DNA of 32,000 nt from Wolbachia endosymbiont of Drosophila innubila (GTDB lineage: Bacteria; Pseudomonadota; Alphaproteobacteria; Rickettsiales; Anaplasmataceae). The stretch is taken from assembly GCF_021378375.1 (NCBI RefSeq), contig NZ_CP076228.1, forward strand, positions 1,110,001 through 1,142,000, read 5' to 3'. The notes below the pieces were generated by a model, which was not told where the DNA came from, searched no databases, and worked only from the letters and a program-made list of their open reading frames with translations. Of the stretch, positions 20,153 to 28,889 are shown in pieces (the first letter of the stretch is position 1; each line of letters starts with the position of its first letter). The position numbers and the translations under genes were made by a program.

Positions 20153-20674
20153 ATGGGAGACGATAAATATAGCCTAGGTTTAAGAGTTATCCATTGGTTG
20201 ATGGCTGTTTTTATTATCGGTATGCTTTGTTCTGGACTTTATATGAAAAGCCTGCCACTTAGCAATGAAATTAAGTTCAACATATACGCTATTCATAAGG
20301 CTTGCGGTATCACTATTCTTGGATTAATCATAGTACGCATATTTTTTCGCGTCTTTACTTATGTTCCACCACTTCCAGCAAATTTTTCTCGGTTTGTAAT
20401 CAATATAAGTAAAGCAGTACACTTTGGTTTATATTCTTTGATGGTGCTAATGCCACTATCTGGCTATGTCATGTCTTCTGCTTCTGGCAAACAGATCAAA
20501 TATTTTTTTCATATCCCTTTGTTGATTAATCAAAACAAAGATCTAGCTAACACGGCTAACGAGCTACATTCGATGCTTGCATATTTTATGGTACTCTTTA
20601 TAATCTTACATATACTTGGCGCCTTAAAACACACATTTATAGATAAACAAAACATTTTTAAACGTATGATATAG
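20153..20674 (+). CDS. cytochrome b561 family protein
   Basis: 173 aa with four TM helices. Conserved histidines sit in VIHWLMA, IHKACG and LHSMLAYFMVLFIILHILGALKH, a CybB-like arrangement. Confidence 0.7.
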   Translation: MGDDKYSLGLRVIHWLMAVFIIGMLCSGLYMKSLPLSNEIKFNIYAIHKACGITILGLIIVRIFFRVFTYVPPLPANFSRFVINISKAVHFGLYSLMVLMPLSGYVMSSASGKQIKYFFHIPLLINQNKDLANTANELHSMLAYFMVLFIILHILGALKHTFIDKQNIFKRMI

Positions 20675-20679
20675 GTTAT

Positions 20680-21708
20680 ATGTTAAGTAGCCTCTGGAAA
20701 AAAGGAACAGATTTTCTTAGCAGTGAGTTTGCTATAATGGGTGGTGCTATGAGCTGGGTTTCAGAGAGAAACTTGGTCTCAGCAATCTCAAACGCTGGTG
20801 GTTTTGGTGTGATTGCATGTGGTGCAATGTTTCCAGACTTGCTAAAAAAAGAAATCATAGAGACGCAGCAATTAACTAACAAGCCATTTGGTGTAAATCT
20901 AATTACTATGCACCCAAAGTTGAGTGAGTTGATAGATGTGTGTATTGAAACGAAAGTGAGCCATATAGTGCTTGCCGGTGGACTGCCAACAAAGCCTAAT
21001 ATAGAAAAAATCAAGGGTGCAGGCATTAAAGTTATGTGCTTTGCACCAGCATTAAGCCTTGCGAAAAGGTTAGTAAAAATGGGAGTAGATGCATTAATAA
21101 TAGAAGGAATGGAAGCAGGTGGGCATATAGGTCCAGTTAGCACTTCTGTTCTTGCACAAGAGATATTGCCTCATTTTAAAAATGAACAAATACCAGTGTT
21201 TGTTGCAGGTGGAATAGGAAGAGGTGAAATGATAGTTAATTACCTGGAAATGGGAGCAAGTGGCTGTCAAATAGGTACATTATTTGTCTGCACTAATGAG
21301 TCAATTGCCCACAAAAATTTTAAGGAAGTGTTTATTAAATCGGCCGCACGTAATGCAATACCTTCTGTACAGATAAGTGCTGATTTTCCTGTAATTCCAG
21401 TAAGAGCTATAGCCAACAAAGCAAGCGATGACTTTATGAAGCGTCAAAAAGAAGTTATTGATGAATACCAAAAGGGACAGATCTCAAAAGAAGATGGGCA
21501 GCTTGAAATAGAAAAATTCTGGGCTGGAGCTTTAAGAAGAGCAGTAATTGATGGAGATGTTGAAACGGGATCTTTAATGGCTGGCCAAAGTGTTGGCATG
21601 GTTGATAAGGAAAAGCCTGTAAAAGAAGTAGTGGATATGTTAGTTCAACAAGCAAAGAATCATATTAATAGCAAATCTGTAGAAGTAGAAAGCCCAGAAA
21701 GCAAATAG
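20680..21708 (+). CDS. nitronate monooxygenase family flavoprotein (FabK-like enoyl-ACP reductase II / 2-nitropropane dioxygenase family)
   Basis: IMGGAMSWVSERNLVSAISNAGGFGVIA, FGVNLI, DALIIEGMEAGGHIG and FVAGGIGRG are typical of the FMN-binding TIM-barrel NMO/FabK family. Confidence 0.72.
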   Translation: MLSSLWKKGTDFLSSEFAIMGGAMSWVSERNLVSAISNAGGFGVIACGAMFPDLLKKEIIETQQLTNKPFGVNLITMHPKLSELIDVCIETKVSHIVLAGGLPTKPNIEKIKGAGIKVMCFAPALSLAKRLVKMGVDALIIEGMEAGGHIGPVSTSVLAQEILPHFKNEQIPVFVAGGIGRGEMIVNYLEMGASGCQIGTLFVCTNESIAHKNFKEVFIKSAARNAIPSVQISADFPVIPVRAIANKASDDFMKRQKEVIDEYQKGQISKEDGQLEIEKFWAGALRRAVIDGDVETGSLMAGQSVGMVDKEKPVKEVVDMLVQQAKNHINSKSVEVESPESK

Positions 21709-21830
21709 TTAAGCGACCTTCCAATAAGCAAGTTGCCGCAATTATTTATAATATGGCATAATTGCCCAGTTTTAATGTAAAATTAACGCTAAAGAGGTAT
21801 CTATACATTTTGTTATGTATGGAGGAGTCT

Positions 21831-23048
21831 ATGCTAAGTTCTAAAAAAGATATTAACCAACAATTGCACGACACTATATACAAAAAGGTAACAAAAGAAA
21901 ATCATAAATATGGAAGCCCACAAAAGGGAGATGGAACTATCAAAAAATGCATAGAGTTGTTCAAGGAAGGAGCTAGTCTTGAGGTATTAACTGAATTAGA
22001 AAAATCGCTGAGAGAACAATTAGAAAAATCACCAAAAAAACAAGAGGAATATCAAAAACATTATAAGTATTATATCGAAAACTTTCTTCCTGCATTGAAA
22101 GATGAAGTAATAAAATCAGAAGAACTAGCTGTACCTACAGTATTTAACAATGAAAGAGAACAATCACAAAGACCACAAACAATAAGAGGAAAAATAGTAA
22201 AAACAATTTTGGATATTACTAACAGGAGCAGCAGTGTAAGCTCAATACCAAATGCTGTTGAAGAAAATATTGAAGATCAAATGCAGCTAAAACATATTGA
22301 AGAGCAAAACAACACACAAGAAACACCCTTGAATGTAGCTGAGAAAAAAAGTGGTGATAATAAAATACTTAGTAATTCAGATGTTGCAGAGGAAGTGTTT
22401 GAAAAATATAGCAAGGTTGTGAAAGAAATAGAGGAGAAGAAAACTTCTAAACTCAGTAGTGGCAATGACTCAGATAGTGGAATAGACTCACCTAGAACGA
22501 GTAAAGAAAGTTTGAAATCACCAGTAAGTAGCAGAAGGAGCAGTTTAACTTTAGTAACAAGCACTTCATCTGAGGAAAGTTTAAACTCAACATTGAGCTC
22601 TGTTGAAGGAGATAATGGCTTGCAACCAGAGGGTGGAGAAAAAACTGAGTTATTAGAATCAAATTTGGAATCCCCAAAAGAAAACGAGACTCAAGTGCAG
22701 CCAGAGCAGACTGTAAAAAAAGAGCCAAAAATGCAAGAAAATGAAAACTCAGATGGTCAAGCAAATCCAGATCAAGTTAAGAAAGATATCCTACTTAAAA
22801 ACCAACCCAATAACAGAAATCTTCACGTTGCACTTGTAGCAGGTTGTGCTCTCTCCACAATAAGGTGCATTGTTGCAGGAGCAATGACATCAGGATTGAT
22901 AGGAGCAGGACTACTTGCTATGGCTGCAGTGTTTGCTATAGCAGCAGTAGCTGAATTGCATTCAAACTTCCTATCAAGTAAATTAACATCCATTAATGTG
23001 AGTCCTCTTGTTGATGATAAAGAGCTTACAGCATGTTCACGTCTGTAA
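21831..23048 (+). CDS. hypothetical Ser/Glu/Lys-rich protein with a C-terminal bilobed hydrophobic domain
   Basis: The ORF is open from 21762. The ATG at 21831 is preceded by ggagga, and ATG 21819 is also possible. It has a long low-complexity Ser-rich middle and a C-terminal hydrophobic region of about 46 aa, LHVALVAGCALSTIRCIVAGAMTSGLIGAGLLAMAAVFAIAAVAEL. No known domain was recognised. Confidence 0.6.
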   Translation: MLSSKKDINQQLHDTIYKKVTKENHKYGSPQKGDGTIKKCIELFKEGASLEVLTELEKSLREQLEKSPKKQEEYQKHYKYYIENFLPALKDEVIKSEELAVPTVFNNEREQSQRPQTIRGKIVKTILDITNRSSSVSSIPNAVEENIEDQMQLKHIEEQNNTQETPLNVAEKKSGDNKILSNSDVAEEVFEKYSKVVKEIEEKKTSKLSSGNDSDSGIDSPRTSKESLKSPVSSRRSSLTLVTSTSSEESLNSTLSSVEGDNGLQPEGGEKTELLESNLESPKENETQVQPEQTVKKEPKMQENENSDGQANPDQVKKDILLKNQPNNRNLHVALVAGCALSTIRCIVAGAMTSGLIGAGLLAMAAVFAIAAVAELHSNFLSSKLTSINVSPLVDDKELTACSRL

Positions 23049-23146
23049 AAATTAAATATGTGTTACTTGTAGTGGATAAGTGAATTCAGTTCTTGCCTAT
23101 TGATATAAAAGTTGTTATATTTAAGAAATGTTTAAAAGGTATTTAG

Positions 23147-23524
23147 TTGATGCGCATTCAATTGAATAAAGTTTTGGTTTTTATAGCCTTATTAAGTTTC
23201 ATTTTTGCATCATATTCTAGCGAAGCAAGTTCGGCGAGTGATGAATTAAAGGGTATACAAGAAACGGTAAAAAATTTTATTTCTTCATTTTCAGTTAAAG
23301 ATACTGTAGAAAATATGAATCCTTCAACAATCATAGGGTTGTGTATAGCTGCAGTGATACTTGCAGTAGTGTTCAGAGGTCTAATCTTTTTTATGATAAT
23401 GTTTGGTGTACTGGTCCTGATGTTCGGTAGTACAGAAAAGGCAACAGACTACTTAAAAGAAAAATTTAACTTTGCAAAAGATATAAAATTACAATCCGAT
23501 AGCGAAAAAAAAGATAAAAATTAA
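23147..23524 (+). CDS. small membrane protein, VirB2/TrbC pilin-like by topology
   Basis: 125 aa with an N-terminal signal-peptide-like segment (VLVFIALLSFIFASYSSEA). Two adjacent hydrophobic helices (IIGLCIAAVILAVVF-RG-LIFFMIMFGVLVLMFG) are followed by a charged tail. It lies 32 bp upstream of a virB4 paralogue on the same strand. Confidence 0.45.
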   Translation: MMRIQLNKVLVFIALLSFIFASYSSEASSASDELKGIQETVKNFISSFSVKDTVENMNPSTIIGLCIAAVILAVVFRGLIFFMIMFGVLVLMFGSTEKATDYLKEKFNFAKDIKLQSDSEKKDKN

Positions 23525-23556
23525 GATAGTATTTTTATCTTTTTTAATTATCTTTA

Positions 23557-25923
23557 TTGAATATGCATATGCAGTTAAAAGTACCAACAGTTAACTCTAA
23601 GCTTAAAAAAAAGAACAACTTAGCATTACTAGAAAGCATTGATTTAGATTTTGTTCCTTATGCTTGTCATTACGATGAAGAAACCATACTAACAAAACAG
23701 GGAGAATTGTTAAAAATAATCAAGTTAGAAGATTATTCTTCTGTTGATAACTACAGCGACCTCAGAACTGAAATTAGAAAAAGCATATCAAAAAATATTA
23801 ATAGCCTGTGTTTTACCGCTTGGATTCATACCGTTAGAAAGCGCAATAAACTGAGCTTGAAATGGAATAAAACTGAAGACTTCTCTGACAACCTACATTC
23901 AACGTGGTTTAATAAACTAACTGATAGTAAATTACAGTATATAAATGAACTATACATTGTAATATTGTTTAGCGATTTTGGCAAGCATACTAATAATTCG
24001 TTTTTTTTCAATAGAATAAAGAATAAGCATAAGTTGTCTTTACAAGGAAGCCATCAGGAGTTGCAAAAGATAACTGACGTAATTCAAAATGATTTAGGAC
24101 CTTTTGGAGCTAAAAAACTGAGTCTAAGGTTTAGTGAAGGTAAAATATATTCTGAAATGATAGAATTTCTCCACTATATTGTTACATTAACGCACAAAGA
24201 TTATCCAATACATGAAAGGGACCTGTCGCAATATATTAGAAATTTTAAAATAGCTTTTGGTTTCAATACGTTTCAAACAATATTTGAAAATCAACAGAAA
24301 TTTGGCTCTATTTTCAGCATAAAAGAATACCGGGAAATCTCTTTAGGTAATATAGATAGATGCTTGCAGCTTGAATCTGAATTTATCATTACAGAAATAA
24401 TGATATTTACTAGTAATAACAAAGCAATAAAAGAATTTAAAAAACAAATCAACATGCTGCAAATTAGTGAGGATAATACCTTACTTAAAAGCTCAGGAAT
24501 TGAAGAAATAATAGAGCTTGAAAAGACCTCTAGTATAGACTTCTGCCAACAGAAAATTATTTTTACAATATTTGCAGATGATAGGAATAAGTTAGCTGAA
24601 AGTATTAGTGATTTATCTTCTATAATGTCATTAGTTGGCTTCATGATGTTTAGAACTGATTTACATATGGAAAGTCATTTTTGGGCACAACTTCCAGGCA
24701 ATTTTGCTTTTATTACGCAACCGAAAAATATCTTAACAAAATACGCTTGCAGCTTTGCTATGCTGCACGATTTTACGTCAGGTACATTAAAAGGAAGAAG
24801 GTGGAAAGAAGCGGTAATGATTTTTTTTTCAAAAAAAGGAAATCCTTACTTCTTTAATTTTCATGGAAAAAGAAATAATGGCCATACTACGATACTCGGA
24901 GCTCCAAATTCAGGCAGAACTTCACTCATTAATTTTCTATTATCAGAATCAAGAAAGTTTAACCCAAGAATTGTCATATTGGATAACACTGGAAAATCAA
25001 TAATTTTTACTAAAGCAGTGAGTGGTAAATATTACATAATCGATCCAAAATATAAGGACAAAAGCCTAAAATTTAATCCACTAAACATTGAAGATAGTGC
25101 TTCCAATCGCAATATGTTGGTTGAACTGATCAGAAGAATGGTAGCCGATACGAGCTTGGTGGACGTAGAAGAAAAGATAAGAAAAATTGTGGATTCTATA
25201 TTTGCTATACCCAAGGAATCACGTTCTATTTCACAAATTTCTGAGGTGCTCTTGCTCCTTGGGGGTAAGATAAGTAGATGGTGTGACGATGGTGATTTTG
25301 CTTACTTATTTCAAGATGGTGATGAATCAGATATTGACTGGGAAACAAAAATTATATCTCTCAACACCGCAAACCTTACAAAACAAAAGGAATGTATGTC
25401 CGTGATACTTTACTATTTTTTATATTCTTTTGAGGCAAAATGTGATGGCTCGCCTGCAATACTTGTTTTGGATGAAGCATGGGAGATAAGTAATATTTTT
25501 CCTACAGAGAAAGAGTTTGATAACTGGATGCAAAGAATGACGGAACTAAATGTTGTAGTAATCCTAAGTACTGAGAATTTAAATCTCGCATTTGCTAGCA
25601 AATTTACTCAATATTTAGATAAACATGTTGATACAAGAATCTTGATGCCGAACGTCAATGCAAATAGATTATACATGAAGGCATTTTCTCTATCGAAAGA
25701 GGAGCTGAATATAATTCTGCAGACGCCAACACAGGAAGGTTTATTTTTGATAAAACAGTACAAAGGATTAGTAACCTTAAATCTGGATTTGAAGGATATG
25801 CAAGAAATACATGTACTTTCAGCTAACAAAGAGACTATAAAGTATATGTATGAGGCAATAAAAGAAAAAGGAGAAGAAGTTAATGAGTGGTTACCGGTAT
25901 TTTATGAGAAGTGTAAGGCTTAA
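23557..25923 (+). CDS. virB4: type IV secretion system ATPase VirB4 paralogue, divergent second copy
   Basis: 788 aa with VirB4/CagE/TrbE-like organisation. Walker A-like GHTTILGAPNSGRTSLINFLL, Walker B AILVLDEAWEI, and a C-terminal region NVVVILSTENL. Possible starts are TTG 23557, ATG 23563 or ATG 23569. Confidence 0.85.
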   Translation: MNMHMQLKVPTVNSKLKKKNNLALLESIDLDFVPYACHYDEETILTKQGELLKIIKLEDYSSVDNYSDLRTEIRKSISKNINSLCFTAWIHTVRKRNKLSLKWNKTEDFSDNLHSTWFNKLTDSKLQYINELYIVILFSDFGKHTNNSFFFNRIKNKHKLSLQGSHQELQKITDVIQNDLGPFGAKKLSLRFSEGKIYSEMIEFLHYIVTLTHKDYPIHERDLSQYIRNFKIAFGFNTFQTIFENQQKFGSIFSIKEYREISLGNIDRCLQLESEFIITEIMIFTSNNKAIKEFKKQINMLQISEDNTLLKSSGIEEIIELEKTSSIDFCQQKIIFTIFADDRNKLAESISDLSSIMSLVGFMMFRTDLHMESHFWAQLPGNFAFITQPKNILTKYACSFAMLHDFTSGTLKGRRWKEAVMIFFSKKGNPYFFNFHGKRNNGHTTILGAPNSGRTSLINFLLSESRKFNPRIVILDNTGKSIIFTKAVSGKYYIIDPKYKDKSLKFNPLNIEDSASNRNMLVELIRRMVADTSLVDVEEKIRKIVDSIFAIPKESRSISQISEVLLLLGGKISRWCDDGDFAYLFQDGDESDIDWETKIISLNTANLTKQKECMSVILYYFLYSFEAKCDGSPAILVLDEAWEISNIFPTEKEFDNWMQRMTELNVVVILSTENLNLAFASKFTQYLDKHVDTRILMPNVNANRLYMKAFSLSKEELNIILQTPTQEGLFLIKQYKGLVTLNLDLKDMQEIHVLSANKETIKYMYEAIKEKGEEVNEWLPVFYEKCKA

Positions 25924-28765
25924 TTTCTTATTGATATTTTTTTTGATACTTGGTCTTTCGTATCAAGGATATGCTGATTGTCCAACATTTGTAGAAAGTA
26001 ATACTTGGTGGGAAGCAATAGTTGGTGGAGATTGGGTAAAGGAAATTAAGGTGCAAGCAATAAAAGATCAAGGAGTTGATGGTTACTTTAATCCCAAAAT
26101 TAGAGTATGTGCTTATGATGGACAAAGTTATTGTTATGACTTACAAAGTGGGGAATCCTGCCGCCAGATATATGGAACGCAAGGTACAGGAGCTGGAGTT
26201 TCTGCTGCAGCTTTTATCGACTGGGAAGGAGATAAAACAAAAGCTGGAGGAGAAATTGCTCGGGGTCTTAAATGGGAATGGGCAGACGGTGTTACTGATG
26301 AGGAAAAAAGAAGATTCGCTAACTCTCCTAAAATATGTGCTTGCAGTCAAAAAGGGGCTTGTATGTCAGGAATTTCTTCATGGGGTTCTAGAGTATTTTC
26401 GGGTGAGAATATTTTCCGTCTTGGGGAGATGGAAAAAGTCTGTGATACCTGCTACCAAACGGCAGTAAAATGTGCTCCTGTTCCACTTGCACCTGGCCCC
26501 CCTCCATTTTGTGAACAACTTGCAATGTCGCTTCCACAAGTTAGAATTGTTCCTATAACAGATAAAGACAATGATTACTTTAATCCTAAGGTTAAGGTAA
26601 TCATTGGTGATCTGAAAGGAAGAGACGGAGAGATTGGAGAAAAATTAGATTTCCCTAAAGGGTATGGAGAAAATAAAGCTGAGTGGCGCTCTATTTTAGA
26701 CAAAAATGGCATCACGTACTACTTCAAAACTTATAGAGAAAAAGATAAGCTCTGCGCTGAATACCTTGGAACTCAAAGTATAGATGAAAACAATCCACAG
26801 TTCATCCGCTGTTTTCCTGCACTACCTGCTCCAGAACCTGAGATAGTGGAGATAGTAAATGCAAATACATTGAAAGTAGAAATGAAGATGAGTGAGAGCG
26901 CTTGTGCTAAAGCACATGGAACCTATAGTAATGGTTCCTGTACTTTTAATGTTAATACTGACCTCAACCATCCTATAAACATTGGCCCCCTATCTTTAAA
27001 AGTAGTAAAACCAGCAATAGTAGCAAAAACAACTGATAGTAATATTGATAATATTATAGAAGGTATATTAGAAAGTAATCCGCAACAATTTAAAGTTCTG
27101 AAAGAATATGGCTATGTTCCTGATGTGCAAATTAAATGTTCTAAAGGCGGAAGTTTTTATAGTTTTAATGATTTTGAGAAAAAGTTAAAAGACAAATCTA
27201 TTCAATGTGAATTTAATAACTCTGGGCAGCCGGAAATAGAAGTAAAGTATAAAGGAAATTCTAACAGTAAAATGCTTTGTCTTTCTGGATGGCAGCCAGA
27301 ACCAGAGGAGTTTGTTCTTAAAAGAGAAAATAAAATAATACCACTAAAATTAATGGGAACAAGATATACTAAATACAATGCTGTTTACTCCAAGGAATCA
27401 AATCAGTTCTATTATCTTCCAAGCAAGGAAATAGTTTACCCTTTGAAAGAAACTCAAGAGAGGTTGGATAAAATAATATTTAATAAGCAAGAGTATGTTT
27501 TCTTCCCTGATGAAAATGAGCAGAAGAAGGAAGAATGCAGTTATTGTGTGAAGAAAGATAGCAAAATAGACGAAAAATTAAAATCTGGTGAAGGACTGAA
27601 AGTAGTATACAAATTGACGGATGTAGAGCATAAAGAAGGATGTGAGCAAGGTGATGATGGTTGCATCTGCTTTGATGGAAAGTGTAGCCGTTCAAAACAA
27701 TATTTGAATAAAAATGAAGATGATAAGCCATTCTACTTAAGGTATGAGGAAGTGGATTGTAAAGATAAGGATGGTAAAGTATTAAGAGATGAAAAAAATG
27801 AAGTACGAAAGTGTACACAATTAAAAGATCAACTGATTAAAGCAAACAGAACAGAGGTTTTTTACGCTGATAAATTGTGTAGGTTCGATTTAGAAGGTCT
27901 CAAAAAGAAATTAAAAGAAAAATTAAAAGAGATAATCAAGGAACATCTGAAAAATAAGAAACCAGATCTTGAAAAAAATAATGAAAAATCCTATGATCAT
28001 AAAAATAAAGATGTTTATACAGATGACTTATCAATAAAATTTGATCGTATTAAAATAGAAGCGTGGGGAAGTGGTGAAGCAGGTCATATACAAGGTAGTG
28101 GCTGTGACAATCAAAAATGCCATTCTACTGAAAGCAGAGTAGGGATGCCAGGAGATTATATTAAAGCTAAACTGAAAATCGATCCTAATTATCCTATAAT
28201 TAAGGTGCAAGTCACAGAGGGAGGGGGTAACCAGGAAAGTAACTTCTCAGATAAGGACGGGGGACCTATTTTCATAGAAATGTGCAATTCGCAGAAGCAA
28301 CATTGCCAGCAACTGATTACTGTTGCAGGTGGAGGTGAGTATAGAATATACGGTGGTAAGGGTTATGAGGAAACAGTAATTCATAAGCAAGATTTAAAGC
28401 TAGAGGAGAAAATTGTAAAGGCAGATAAACTGAAGTCTACACAAGACAATCAAATAGCATATATAGAAAATGGTGAAATCAAGTATGAAACAGTAGAGTG
28501 TGGAAGTGGTTTGAGAAGCAGTAGATCTGGTGCAGGTGGCTGCATTAATAAAAGCAAAGGAATTTATGGTAAAGGCTCTCCAGGGTATGTGAAGATTAGA
28601 CCTATTATAAAGGAATTTGACGAAGAAGAAATAAATGCTGCTATTAAAAAAGTAATAGAGGATCTATACGATCTTGAAACTATGACTGATTTTTGGGTAG
28701 GGGATCTTAACGTGAATATAAGTGGGATAATTAAAGAGGAAGTCAAAAAAGAATTATCAAGGTAA
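25883..28765 (+). CDS. large secreted cysteine-rich protein of unknown function with a C-terminal glycine-rich domain
   Basis: 960-aa uninterrupted ORF overlapping the virB4-paralogue 3' end by 41 nt (20 nt if it starts at ATG 25904). It has a signal peptide LNFLLIFFLILGLSYQGYA|DC, many Cys residues, and Pro-rich linkers (PLAPGPPPF, ALPAPEPE). The motif D-x-YFNPK-[IV]-[RK]-V occurs twice. The C-terminus reads IEAWGSGEAGH...VTEGGGNQ...ITVAGGGE...GAGGC...GKGSPGYVKIRP. Confidence 0.7.
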   Translation: MSGYRYFMRSVRLNFLLIFFLILGLSYQGYADCPTFVESNTWWEAIVGGDWVKEIKVQAIKDQGVDGYFNPKIRVCAYDGQSYCYDLQSGESCRQIYGTQGTGAGVSAAAFIDWEGDKTKAGGEIARGLKWEWADGVTDEEKRRFANSPKICACSQKGACMSGISSWGSRVFSGENIFRLGEMEKVCDTCYQTAVKCAPVPLAPGPPPFCEQLAMSLPQVRIVPITDKDNDYFNPKVKVIIGDLKGRDGEIGEKLDFPKGYGENKAEWRSILDKNGITYYFKTYREKDKLCAEYLGTQSIDENNPQFIRCFPALPAPEPEIVEIVNANTLKVEMKMSESACAKAHGTYSNGSCTFNVNTDLNHPINIGPLSLKVVKPAIVAKTTDSNIDNIIEGILESNPQQFKVLKEYGYVPDVQIKCSKGGSFYSFNDFEKKLKDKSIQCEFNNSGQPEIEVKYKGNSNSKMLCLSGWQPEPEEFVLKRENKIIPLKLMGTRYTKYNAVYSKESNQFYYLPSKEIVYPLKETQERLDKIIFNKQEYVFFPDENEQKKEECSYCVKKDSKIDEKLKSGEGLKVVYKLTDVEHKEGCEQGDDGCICFDGKCSRSKQYLNKNEDDKPFYLRYEEVDCKDKDGKVLRDEKNEVRKCTQLKDQLIKANRTEVFYADKLCRFDLEGLKKKLKEKLKEIIKEHLKNKKPDLEKNNEKSYDHKNKDVYTDDLSIKFDRIKIEAWGSGEAGHIQGSGCDNQKCHSTESRVGMPGDYIKAKLKIDPNYPIIKVQVTEGGGNQESNFSDKDGGPIFIEMCNSQKQHCQQLITVAGGGEYRIYGGKGYEETVIHKQDLKLEEKIVKADKLKSTQDNQIAYIENGEIKYETVECGSGLRSSRSGAGGCINKSKGIYGKGSPGYVKIRPIIKEFDEEEINAAIKKVIEDLYDLETMTDFWVGDLNVNISGIIKEEVKKELSR

Positions 28766-28889
28766 AAAGATATAGCTCTGGAAATGATGCTCTTGTTTTA
28801 ATAATTAATTAAAGTAAAGCATGTAGTAAATGGTGTAATTGCTGTATCTTAACAAAAAGGTATAACGAATGTAGGAGGGTGCTTTATGT

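Noticed and set aside
20676-21143. 155-aa minus-strand ORF
   Set aside because: It is antisense to the clearly homologous FabK/NMO-family gene, and an open antisense frame of this kind is a common artefact.
26076-26468. 130-aa alternative-frame ORF, plus several minus-strand ORFs, inside the 960-aa gene
   Set aside because: They are fully nested in a much longer uninterrupted ORF with a signal peptide, and nothing independent supports them.
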